Source of the DNA: Paramecium tetraurelia
Taxonomy: Eukaryota
DNA: 31,594 nt
Direction: 5' to 3'
NCBI GenBank assembly: GCA_000165425.1
Contig: CT868418.1
Span: forward strand, 434,001 to 465,594
The notes under the pieces are model-generated. The model was not told where the DNA came from. It made no database searches and worked only from the letters and a program-made list of their open reading frames with translations. Each line of letters opens with the position of its first letter. The first letter of the stretch is position 1. Positions 1 to 11,490 of the stretch are shown here, piece after piece. The position numbers were made by a program, and so were the translations under genes.

Positions 1-1
1 A

Positions 2-184
2 TATCAGAATACTAAAGAATGTATTGATTGTCCTTGTAAACCCATTGATATCTTCTAAGCATAAGAAATTGATCTCTAAGTAGAAGATGTTCAAAGCAAG
101 AAAAAGATAAAAATTGATCATATATCACAAAACACAGATTTATTTTCTGACATCTCTTTTAAAAGGGAATTAAAATCAATGTGA
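2..184 (+). CDS. 3' end of an unknown protein-coding gene (starts upstream of the window)
   Basis: Frame 2 is open under table 6: YQNTKECIDCPCKPIDIFQAQEIDLQVEDVQSKKKIKIDHISQNTDLFSDISFKRELKSM, then TGA at 182-184. Confidence 0.6.
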
Positions 185-239
185 TTTATAAAACTAATAA
201 TATTGTTTAACTATTGTTAGATTATATTTTAAGTTATAT

Positions 240-3169
240 TCAAGATCTTGTTTGACTAATATGCCGAATAGACTAAGAAGCTACCTTCTTAATTTTTCTT
301 TTTTTTAATTTTATTGGTATTTTCTTTATCTTCTTCAATTTGGCCACAACTGATTCTAAATTAAATCCTGTATCATAAAATTCCATATCTGTTTATGCAT
401 CTATTTGAAATTCTTTGGCAATCATTAATTAAGCAATTTCTATTTCTATTAACAATACTTAATCTACATCATAAGATTTTGTTTAGTATGAAGAATAGGA
501 TTATAGTTAAATTGATTATTATTACATTTGCTATTATTATTGCTGTTAAGTTATTTATTATTATACTTGCTATTATGGAGTTGGTTATAGAATGTTGAAT
601 TCTTCCTCAATGATTTCACCTTAATCCATTTTGATTTAATTTATTATCACGGTTCCTCTTTTAACACTTTATTTAATTTTTCTATCGATTGGATTGGAAT
701 CTCTTTCTTGCGTTCCACAAGTTTTGTATTAAGCGTTTTTTTGGAGAGAAGTTCTAGTTTGCCTTTTTTTTGACTTATTTGATTTGTCCTCGTTATTATT
801 CTATAGATCCGATTCTTTCCGTTTTGATTCCCTTTTAATTAACAATAAATTCTGTGAACGAATCCTTTTGTCTGATTCCAATAAAGAGTTTGAGTCGCTT
901 CCTTCCTATTCTGAATCTTATTGCATTTGGAACTTATTAGAGACAATGAATTCAGAATTAGGTCCCAATTCATTCAAATAACCTTTTTAAGCACAGAAAT
1001 TGAATGCTGAAGCCTAGAAATTTCTCAATTGTCCAAAAGTGTTCTATTTATTAATAATTAATTTACATTACATTATGAATTTTGTCATTCTTTCTTATTC
1101 TACCTATAGATCTTCTTTGTTATTTTTCGCCATGATCGTTCTTTTTAAATAATCTCAGGTAATTAGGAGTATAAAATACAAAAGGACATCGAATAAAAGT
1201 ATGATTTTATCGACATAATTCACATCCTCCTAATTTAACCCTCCCATTGAATTCAATCTAATGTTTTACATAATAGAAATGTTCTCTGTCTCTTTGATTA
1301 TATTTTAATAGATCCAAAAGATCATCATATGTAATGTAAGCCAATTTATAAAATTTAACCGCTCTTGTTGAAAATAAAGCAGGATGTTAAGAAATAAATG
1401 ACTTTTCATCGATAGCTTAATTTCGCTGATATATTTTAATAATTTTATTGTTGCTAATATAAGCTTCAACTTCGCCTTTTAAAATAAAGTATATTCGATC
1501 GACTTTTTATCTACTAATGATGAATATATTACCCTTCAATAGAGATGATCTCTTCTGGTACAAAGGTTTACTCCTTGACCAAAATGCATAACTTTTCGAT
1601 AAATTATTAAGAAAAGTTTTATCTGATTAATTTTGAATTCAATAAAATGTTCTTATAAAAGTCTATTTTAACCTCTTTATTGAGATTTCCTGATAGATGA
1701 ATCATTAACTTTTCGCATTCTGATTCCATATCTCTTTCCTATTTGAGATAATACTCAAAAAACTTCTTCACTTTGACCTATAAATCTTTGTTTAAACCTC
1801 GTTTTTTTAGGAATGAATCTATCATTGTCATTCTATCTCTAAGATAGTTTTTATTTTCGCTCATTTAAGCAAAAATAGCTCCTATACTAGAAATAGTGTA
1901 ACCAAAAATTATTGAACTCAATAATGTAACTAAAATTACAAAAACCTTTTCATATTAGGTTACCTCAAAATTATGAAAAATAATTACTGGAATTATGTCT
2001 CCATATCCTATTGTTAAAGTTGTTATACAAGCCCAATAGAAACTTGTGATATATCTTGTTTACCAATTATCGTCTTATAATTATGCCCTCTGTATCCAAG
2101 TATTATTTTCAAATTCCATTTCTTAAATTGCAATAAAATGCCAAAAGCAAGCTATGACATGAGATGCAAACAAAAATGTCGACATTAGAGAAATAATATC
2201 AACTGTCGAGGCAAAATTAACTCTTAGATTAAGTGTTTCAACGATATTTTCAAAAATATGCATAACCTAAACAATAATGAAATACATTTACTCTTGATAC
2301 TCTAAATAATAGCACAAATTCTATGTATGGAATATTTTATCTACCAATCATAAAGGGGATTATCACTATGAAGTCCAAAATAAATTTTCCTTTTAGGTAA
2401 TGCTTAAATATTTATCCTCGATTCAAAACAAGCACTCCTCTGGAATAATAGGCAACATTAAAGTTCAACAAAATTTCAAACAAAAACACATACTAAGGCA
2501 AAGTGTCAAGGAATATATCAACACCATCCACCACCGTTATATCAAAAGAGATCTTAAGTGGTATGTAAAATATGTTGATCAACAGAATTAAAAATACTAC
2601 AACATCCCATTATAATTTTAGTACATTATCTGGTTTTATTGGCTTAATAACAGAAGAGAATACGCTCAAGAAACTCATATATACTTTTAGTTTTGTTTGG
2701 AATAATTGCTATTATAATATTTAATAATAACCCATGATCCTCCTTTTTCTCTGGCTCTTATTAGTTTGTGGGTTAAATAGAAATTAAAATCAGCTGCTTA
2801 ATCCCCAATTACTTTGAATTGTCTATGATCTAGATATCTGAGTTTAAATTTATCAGAATTAGTTAATAAGTACGTAACAAACCTGGCTACAAGAACTATT
2901 ATGTTGAGTGCTCTTTCTTTCCAAATCCGGTTTTTAAAGCCTTATTTGTTTTCAAACTCATCAGAATCATCTTATGAGAGGATACTCTACTCACTTGGAT
3001 CGTTGGAAATCTTTATTTTTTCAAGCATATGAAATTGAGATTGCTTAGTTTTAAAATTTGTCAAGAATTCATCATCCTCATTCTGTAGATTTCTTTTGCT
3101 TATTAAGACTAATGAATTTGCTACACGAGGACTTGAACAAAGGTCTTCATTATGATCGAGGACAGACAT
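240..3169 (-). CDS. Voltage-gated K+ channel with cyclic-nucleotide-binding (homology) domain, EAG/HCN-like ciliate family, ~935 aa
   Basis: ATG at 3169, TGA at 242-240. S1 region 'IKPDNVLKLQWDVVVFLILLINIFYIPLKISF', S5 'FLFASHVIACFWHFIAI', pore 'CITTLTIGYGDIIP', CNBD 'VDRIYFILKGEVEA'. Five introns (2709-2731, 2267-2291, 1964-1987, a 22-nt one near 1511-1532, a 28-nt one near 1044-1071) leave a 2808-nt in-frame CDS. Confidence 0.93.
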
Positions 3170-3569
3170 TAATTTAAAAATTAAAAAATGTATTTAGTTT
3201 TTATAGTTGAAAAAAGTTTGAGATAACATAGAAAAATAAGAATGGATAATCGTTTATCGCAATTCAACCCTACTAATTTAGTTATAACATCATATAAATA
3301 GATTTCGTTAGAAAAAAAATAATTTCAAATTAATAAAATCATCATTATCAAGATATTTTAATATTTATCTTAATTTAGAGATTTAAAAACTGTATAAAAT
3401 AAAGATGTTCTCAAAAAGATAGTTAAAGCATTAGAAAAATGAAGAATTTATTAATTTATTTTACATCTTGCATGTTCTTAAAACTATTAGTTCACATAAG
3501 AAAAACTTTTGATTTTGCTTTATTTATATAATAAGAATTTAATAAATAAATTTCATTTAATTTGAGAAT

Positions 3570-3580
3570 AAAAATAAAAA
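3570..3580 (-). terminator. Pol III oligo-T terminator of the tRNA gene
   Basis: The minus strand reads TTTTTATTTTT starting 2 nt after the tRNA discriminator base. Confidence 0.7.
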
Positions 3581-3582
3581 GT

Positions 3583-3654
3583 AGGACCTACTTGGATTCG
3601 AACCAAGGTCTTGAGGGTTAAAGCCTCAGGTACTAACCACTATACGATAGATCC
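3583..3654 (-). tRNA. trnQ-UUA: tRNA-Gln with anticodon TTA (reads UAA)
   Basis: 72-nt cloverleaf GGATCTA TC GTAT AGTGGTTA GTAC C TGAGG CT-TTA-AC CCTCA AGAC CTTGG TTCGAAT CCAAG TAGGTCC T. All four stems pair. A and B boxes are present. The GG start and U73 fit eukaryotic tRNA-Gln. Confidence 0.93.
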
Positions 3655-3804
3655 TATAGTTATTTTCTTTGGTTTGAAATACTATTTCTACACATTGTCT
3701 TATGAATTTCATTATATAATCAAAAATATAATTGGGCTCTAGAAATTATAAAAATTAAAAATTAGGCTGAAAATTTTAATAAAATTTGATCAAAATGCAG
3801 AAAA

Positions 3805-5253
3805 TCATTTTGTATTCATTTTTTTATAATTTCTTTAGAAAAAAGATTTTGATATTAACCTTGAGCTATCAATATTGGATTTCTCTCGGTCTGATTTAGG
3901 ACTCATATCAGTTTTTAAGTGAAACTTACTAGGTGAAGTTTTGGAAACGTTATTAGGTGACTGATTTCTACTATTATGAAATAACAAAGGCTTTAATTTT
4001 AATGGCTCCTTTCTAATATGGACATTAAATCTATTCCCATTTACAAGTATTTTATTAATCTCTGGTTATAAAAAGGGATGTTTTAAAGCTTGTGCTGCTG
4101 AAAATCGAATTTAAGGGTCTATCTCGATCAACCCTTTTAAGAAATAAATCCCACTTTTTGATATAGATGAAGTATCAGAAAAGTCAATATGTCCTAGGAA
4201 ATTTTTGACAATAATTTCTTTTGTTGTATTTGATTTAAAGGGATCTTTACCAAACATCAATTAATAGCCTAATATACCCACACTATATATGTCTACTTTC
4301 AGTCCGTATTATTATTTTCTTAATATTTCAGGGGCGACACAACCAGGAGTACCACAATATCTGAATAAATAATTATTTTCACTATTTGCTTTTTCAGCCA
4401 AGCCAAAGTCAATTAGACAAAGAGATTCATAATTATTTTATTATCTTAACATTATATTGCATTTTTTAATGTCTCTGTGAAATATTCCAAAACTATGCAT
4501 ATAATCAAGTCCTCCTAAAATAGATTTCATTATTATTTTAATTTAATCTTCATCAAGTTTTCTTTCTTATATATTACTATCCAAATCACCTCCTAATAAT
4601 AGCTCCTAAATTAAAATAATTTATGATTTTGACTCAAATACTCCTAAATATTTGACAATATTAGGATGATTGAATAGTTTTAAATATTATATTTCAAACA
4701 ATAAAGATTGTTTTACCTAATTATCTGTTTCAAGTTAAGCTTTATCAAATACTTTTATTGCGTAATTGATATCATCTATTTTAGATCGAACTTAATAAAC
4801 CTAAAACTAAATATTATTATTACATTTGCTGTTGACCCTCTACCAATTAGTTTTAAGATTTAATAATTGCATGTAAAGTCTAATGAGATGCATTCTTTCA
4901 TCAATACACTTATCCAATTTTATATTTGTCCATAAAGCTCGATTTTGTTTTCTTATTTCTCCAATGATACTCCTATAATTTCTTAGTTCGAATTCCTTAG
5001 AATTGTTAAAAAAGCATTAGAGAACAAAATGAATTTCTAATTATAACAACAATGGTACGTTTTTAGAATATTTAATATGTTACTTCCCAATTGAAATAGT
5101 TTTTTCTTTCGTAATTTCCAATCGCTTAATTGTCAAACAAGCAGTAGACATCGATGAAAAACTTACGTTTGTAACCCAAAATTCTGTATCAGTAGATAAC
5201 AATGAATTTTGAATATCAAAATATTAAGGATATTGCTTATTTCTGATAAACAT
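3805..5253 (-). CDS. Ser/Thr protein kinase (CAMK-like) with an N-terminal, possibly PH-like, extension, ~467 aa
   Basis: Motifs LIGRGSTANVY, YAIK, FHRDIKKCNIML, IDFGLA, CGTPGCVAPEIL, KVDIYSVG. A 23-nt intron (4801-4823) and a 22-nt intron (~5037-5058) give a 1404-nt CDS. Confidence 0.93.
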
Positions 5254-5571
5254 AAATGTTAATAATTAACTTTTTTTAATAATTTTCATATTATACTGAG
5301 AAATAGGAGATATTTATTGAACTAAAAAATTACGTAATTAATTTATGTTATTCTCTAGTTGTAATAACGACAACCATTCTTCTTAAATAATAAAAAATAT
5401 AAAATATATATAATTAACTCAAAAAAATACTTTATAAAAACAAAGTATTAATCGTCTAAAATTCGACTAAGGTCATTTTGTAATCCTAATATCAAAAATA
5501 TTCATATAAAATCTAAACATTCTGAAGCAATAGTTATAAATTTAATATTTAATTATCAAAAATTATTCAGC

Positions 5572-6486
5572 ATGAAACAATCAAATTTGTAACGATTTTT
5601 GAATGTCAAGTATAGATCTAGAATCTAATAAAATGAGAATTATAAATTTTTAGTTTAAGAAGCATCAAAATTTATTTTTTAAACAAATTCATCCTGAATA
5701 ACAAATTTATTCAATAAAATTTTAATGATTAAATTTATAGTAACAATAAGTCATTTGAGCTAGTTGATTATTCATTCCTGGTTTATGTATCAATGTGTAT
5801 TGACATTTTATTCCGGGATCATAGTAGAAACATTATGGAATCAGGTAAAGTACTTAACAAACTTTTCAAATTGGGCTATGTTCACATTCTTAATACCTTT
5901 TGTTATATTTGATTTCAAAAATTACAATGTTTTGAGAATTTAAGATAGGTATCCATAGATTGTGACTCTATTGTTCTAAGGAATCAATCCTATTATATTT
6001 TTGGTAATGGCAACTTATTAAAGTTTCATAATACTTGATCCTAATCTATTAGTATTGGATGGATTTCATCCGACATAATGGCAATTGGTAATCCTTGCAT
6101 ATTTACATCTAGGAAATTGGCTGTTATTGTAAACTTTAATATATTTTTAGGCAAATAGAGTATATCCTATATGAGCATAAGCGAGTACCTAAACTTCAAC
6201 GTTATGGATTTTTTTTCGCCTATACATTTATTTATTTATTTATATATGGTAAATTCAGGTTGTATAATTAGGTTGTTATTTTTTATTGAGGGGAAAACAT
6301 GTTTACGGCTTTTAAAAAAATTTAAGCATTCCACTAGTTTTTATGATAAACATCAATTAATTTTTAATGATATTATTTACGGATTATGCTTACGAAAAAG
6401 TGACAAGATCAAAATTTTTCAAGAAGTTTATCCTTGAAAATTATTAAATAAATAATTAAACCAAAAATGAAAAGTAAAATCAATGA
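5572..6486 (+). CDS. Multi-pass membrane protein, FAR-17a/AIG1-like; in-frame TGA at 5695-5697 (alternative start ATG 5725)
   Basis: Hydrophobic segments with 'KYLTNFSNWAMF', 'YLHLGNWLLLQIEYIL', 'AYTFIYLFIY', 'KHVYGF'. Introns 6129-6150 and 6249-6271. Stop at 6484-6486. The family call rests on motif resemblance only. Confidence 0.6.
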
Positions 6487-7049
6487 ATATAAAATTATTA
6501 TATTTCATACAATATTTTATTTAAAATGCTTGTAAAGTTGGAATTATAGGTTAAGGTATTGCAACCTTGTTTTTGATTAGATTTATTAATTGATAAACAG
6601 AATTTATCAAGAGTTAATTGAAGAAGTCAATAATTTGAATATCTCACAGTATTATTTTTAGCAAATAAATATTAATTTCATTTGTCTCTAAAATGGTTAT
6701 TTTTAAAACAAGAAAGTTAATTCAATTATTTTCTTTATCAAAAAATAAGATGTAAACAATTTGTTACTAACCCATATTCGCAATTAGTTTTATTTTCAAT
6801 AGTTAAACTAATTCTTTCCTATTTTCATTCTTTTAACACTCGAGTTTTCAAAAGAATAAAACATTTTACATTATTTGGTAGTAATTATACATCTTTTTGA
6901 ATAAAGTGTTAATAGTATATGATTTAGAAAGAGATATTAATCCTAAGGTTCTGAAAATAATGAGAATTAGCTATTTTTTAAAAAGTAATGTAGTTTTTGA
7001 TGAATATGAAATTTATTGTAATAAATTATAACTAAAAAAATAATTATAG

Positions 7050-7586
7050 TCAATTTTCAAAATTATGCATTTCTATTTGTTATCTTATATTCGATTTTGA
7101 TAGAACATGATCATTTGTTGTTGCTGCATACACATCATATGCTATTCCCTGAAATTAAGGTAATTTTTACTTTAAATTCCTTATACGCTTAAAAAGTGAA
7201 GTACACCGAAACAATGTAAAAAGTCAAAGAAATTGCTTAGAGCAAAAACTGATTTCTACCATCGTTTGATAACTATTCAAGGTTGACCTTATTTTAGATA
7301 TCAGTCATAAAATTAACCACAATCAAAAAAGTGTTCATTAGACAAAAAAATATGTAAATCACACAATTACAATAATTCAATTATGCCTAAGCACACCTAG
7401 TTATAAGTTTTAATTATACCATAAAATAAAAGCTGATGTGAATTCTGCCACACCTGCCCACATATCATAATACAGTTTTCCTAATGCCAAGCAGATTTGT
7501 AAGAAAATTATAAAGAAAATTATTCTCCTTAACACTTTTGCTTTCTCTGTTGTGGGAGGCACAATATCACCAACGCATAATATCAT
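7050..7586 (-). CDS. Small (~163 aa) four-TM membrane protein of unknown function
   Basis: MILCVGDIVPPTTEKAKVLRRIIFFIIFLQICLALG...QAYKEFK|GIAYDVY...FEN*. Introns 7397-7419 and 7149-7170 give a 492-nt CDS. Confidence 0.8.
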
Positions 7587-8232
7587 TGTTATTTATTAAT
7601 ATAATAAATTATAAACAATAAAAATGGAATATTTATAAAATATTCAATGGTTTAACTTAATATCGCCTTTCTTATTAAATCTTATTAAGTTAAATAATAA
7701 TCTCTATGTAGTGATTTACTAAGCAATTTTTTGAAATCACCTTCTTGTTATTTATATAGATATATAATGCAATCTTCAAAGCATTCTAAATACTATTATA
7801 TTGGTATACATTATTTCTATATTGAAATATTATCACTTCATTTGAATTAGTTGATATCCTACCTAAGGGCTGTCTAAACGTGATCAAGAATATATATTTT
7901 GATCCACAACGTTAAACAATTTAATTAAGATATTAAATAGTATTATATATATTTATAAATTGAAACTATTCATAGTTAAATTCATTTTATCTCTATCCAT
8001 TTTTAGAAGTCAATAGCTTTCTGGTTTGAGTCAATTAAGGTAAATAATACTTGTTTAGAATAATATCTTTAGTGGGAAAAACGAAGTGTCATTTTAGGAT
8101 TTACAATGTTTCTTATTTTTGAGACATTGGTCTAAAGTTAATTTATTCCACATTCTGTAACTAAGAAATTTATATAGATACTTTTTAGCTGATTAGATAA
8201 TTATTAGTGTAGAATTCATTTTTAAAATTAAT

Positions 8233-8755
8233 ATGTTATTAAAAAACAAATACACATTTTGGGTTTCAACTCAAAGAACGCAGACAAAGATAGATAAGGA
8301 TAACTACAATGACAATCTTTATAAAGTGTGTATGATATTAGAATAATTTAAATTTAGGTAATTTCGAAACAGCAGAGTAATTCTGGATGTACTACTAATG
8401 GATAGCTAAGCCATCAACTATTCCAGAAGGATGCCAAATTTTATTATTTTAAGAAGAAATCTAACCAATGTGGGAAGATAAGGCAAATCAGAATGGAGGA
8501 AGATTTGTATTTAGATGCAAAAATAATGTTGATCGAGTTTGGGAAAACATACTCTTGAGTTATATAGGAAATTAATGTACATACAATGAATTTGTCTGTG
8601 GAGTGGTTGTTAATCAAAAGAGATCATTTACTTAAGTTTCTATATGGGTGAAGAATATGGCCTCGTATTAAAACTAAGAAGACAAAATAACATAATGGGT
8701 TAAAGAGATGTTCGGAATCAATGAATTAGAATTTGTATAGCATCCAAAAAGTTGA
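8233..8755 (+). CDS. eIF4E: eIF4E-family cap-binding protein, 164 aa
   Basis: KYTFW, FETAEQFW, IQPMWEDKANQNGGRF, RVWENILLSYIG, VCGVVVN, VSIW. One intron (8330-8357). 495-nt CDS. Confidence 0.92.
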
Positions 8756-8774
8756 AATTATTTATTAAAATAAA

Positions 8775-11469
8775 ATGAATTCTTTCCGTAAAAGTAACAC
8801 TAACAACATCAGCAGACGGGAGTCTTTAGAAACTACTCCAAATGCATTTAATGCAGAATTGCTGAATTTGTAATTTGGAAATAAGAAGAAAGAGGTAGAC
8901 ACTAGCATATATTTATAGGTCATAAATGAATACGTTGTTAAACGAAAAGCAGAATTATTGGAGGAAATGCAATAAGAATAAATTCGTTAGGAATATGATA
9001 GAAAAACTGATATTTAAAAGTTAAAAGCATTATTAGCCAATATCAAATATCAAAATGATCTGATGAAGTTAAATTTAAAAAAATACGATTAAATCAATGC
9101 AGAAGAATAGAAATTCACTGTGATCCATCAAAATGATTTGGTGGTTGTTAATAATTAAATAGATGCTGAATAAGAATAAAATTAGGCATTATAGCAACAG
9201 ATTTAATTAATAGGACATTCATTAAGAAAAAATTAAAAATACAACAATACGCTCATTGAATAATTGCAATTATTTACGCAAAAATAACCTCAGATATATT
9301 TAAAGGAGTTTCAAAATTAGCAAGCCTTTGATGCAGCAAAAAAGTAAAATACAATGATAAAACAGGCGTTACAGGAAGAAAAAGAATGGTAAATGAAGTA
9401 CTTATATGAAAATACTTCAAGTTATGAGCACAAAAACTAAATTGTCAAGTAATCGAAAATTAAAATATATTAGGGAGAATTTAGAAAGTTTATGCTAATA
9501 AGAAGAAAGATTACAATACCTATAGTAATAATTGATTTTAACCGAATAATAAATTTAGGATATTGATCTAGAGATATCTACTAAGTTCAATAAGATTGAG
9601 GAATGTGCAGAATTTTTAGATGAATTGGATGATTTCGATAAAATCATCTTAATTTTTGTGATGGAGGATCCTAAAGATTTTGAACTTCCTGAAATTTTGG
9701 AAAATGCAAGAAATTAATTATAGAAACCAAAGAATAGAATGCAAATTGCTGATAGTGAATAGGAATACATTGATAGAGCTAGATTCAGTAGTGTAAGTTC
9801 AAGAATGAAAATCTTCTTTAAATTCCACCACAATAATTTATAAAAATCTATTGATGATTTGATTTAAGTATATCGCAAATCATAATTTAATGAAATGACT
9901 TTAAAAAATAGGTATGAAGATTTATTAGATTAAAAAGCAAAATTAAAACAAACTTTAGAAGATTTAAATTCCTTGGAATTCTATGCAATGGATGACATAT
10001 TGTTTGAGAGAGACGATCAACATATGAATATTGAAGAATTAAATGTAGAGGCAGCTTTAGTCTCTAAAAATTAATAAATTCGATTAGTGGAGAATAATGC
10101 CTAATTTGTAATGAGAATGTACAGTATGCTAACAAATGTATTATTTAGAATGATTAATTCACTTTTAAACATAAAAGAAGTATTGAAACTTGTCCCTCAG
10201 AATTATTTAATTAAGAGTATGAATTTGTTAATTATTAGTTTTTATTTAAAATGGACATACAATAAATTATATTCAAAATTAACTACCATTCATGATTAAT
10301 TGGAAAGTCAATTTAAAATTAAAATAGTTGTTAAGGATCCTGTTATTCGTAATTCAAATCAATTATTGAATGCTATTTATGATCACCTCGAAGATCGTCC
10401 AGCAAAAAGGAAAACCTTGATCCCCATTACTCAGAAATAGAGTCTCTCAGAAATTTTAGGCACAGTATTGAACAAACAAGAATTAAAATCAGTTTCTGAT
10501 GCAATAGTTAAGGATCCAATTCTGGCTTAATTCTTCTCTATTACTGATTTATAAAACATGGTTTCATAACTTGATAATTACACTTTGGACAGCTTGTTGA
10601 AAAAGATAAAAACTGACGGATATGAAATAGCATTAACTACTGCAACTAGATAATTAAAATTTTTATTAAATTTTATAGAAGAAGCTGTCTTTGACTGTAA
10701 GAATATATAAGAATAGCAAAGTTCAGCTAAACTCCTTTAACAAAAGTATAAGTTATAAGATTTAATGGAGAAGCATATGAACAGTTATGAGTTTAAGCCA
10801 AAAGAATGGAAAAGAGATGTTATTGAAAGTAAAATAAAATAACTAAAACCTTTGAATGGATAACCTTTTGAAGAATAACCATCCCCGATTACTGAAATGA
10901 GAATCTAATAATAATTAACTACTTAACCACCAACTCCAAAGATATAACCAATAAGAACTTGCAGAACAGAATAGTCACCAAATGAAATTAAACGGTTTAT
11001 CTTCACTATCGATTCTCAAATACCAAACTGTTCATAATCATAGGCTAACTAAAAGTAATCTGACCCTATATTTATCCATTTGCATCATATGAATAGGAAG
11101 ATAAAGAATTTGAATAGATCTCAAACTTAGCAAAAAGCAAACCCTCCTCATCAATTTGATGTTCTATTCAGTAAAAAGAGTGTAGAGTTATCTCGGGATT
11201 CAATTACAAATTTGCAATTAAAGTCAACACCTATATAGCAGAATAAAGGCATTTTAAGAACAGCTTCAAAATGCCCAAAATTGTTAAACAATACTAATAA
11301 TAGCACTAATTTAATTTCAGCAAGGTCGAAATGTAATACAAAATCATCAAATGACTAGAAATTGGAATTACCTTAATCTATTAGCAGATCACAATTATCA
11401 TCAACATATGGAAGTGCTAATAAAAAATTATAAGATTTCTTTCATATGACAAGCATTAGAAAAAAATGA
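8775..11469 (+). CDS. Large Q/E/K-rich coiled-coil protein of unknown function, ~881 aa
   Basis: Long frame open under table 6 from MNSFRKSNTNNISRRESLETTPN to ...SIRKK*. Two small introns (~8894-8917, ~9449-9473). Heptad-like N-terminal half and low-complexity S/P/Q C-terminus. Confidence 0.8.
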
Positions 11470-11490
11470 AAATGTTTATATTATACTTAT

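Noticed and set aside
395..2591. Plus-strand ORFs 395-598, 784-981 and 2400-2591 from the ORF track
   Set aside because: They are antisense shadows of the minus-strand K+ channel gene.
6171..6437. 88-aa ORF from the track
   Set aside because: It is an out-of-frame reading of the spliced gene 5572-6486.
6500..7040. Possible gene between the two membrane-protein genes
   Set aside because: No consistent ATG-intron-TGA model or recognisable motif on either strand.
7620..8220. Open stretches on the minus strand
   Set aside because: With TGA as the only stop, such frames arise by chance, and no motif supports them.
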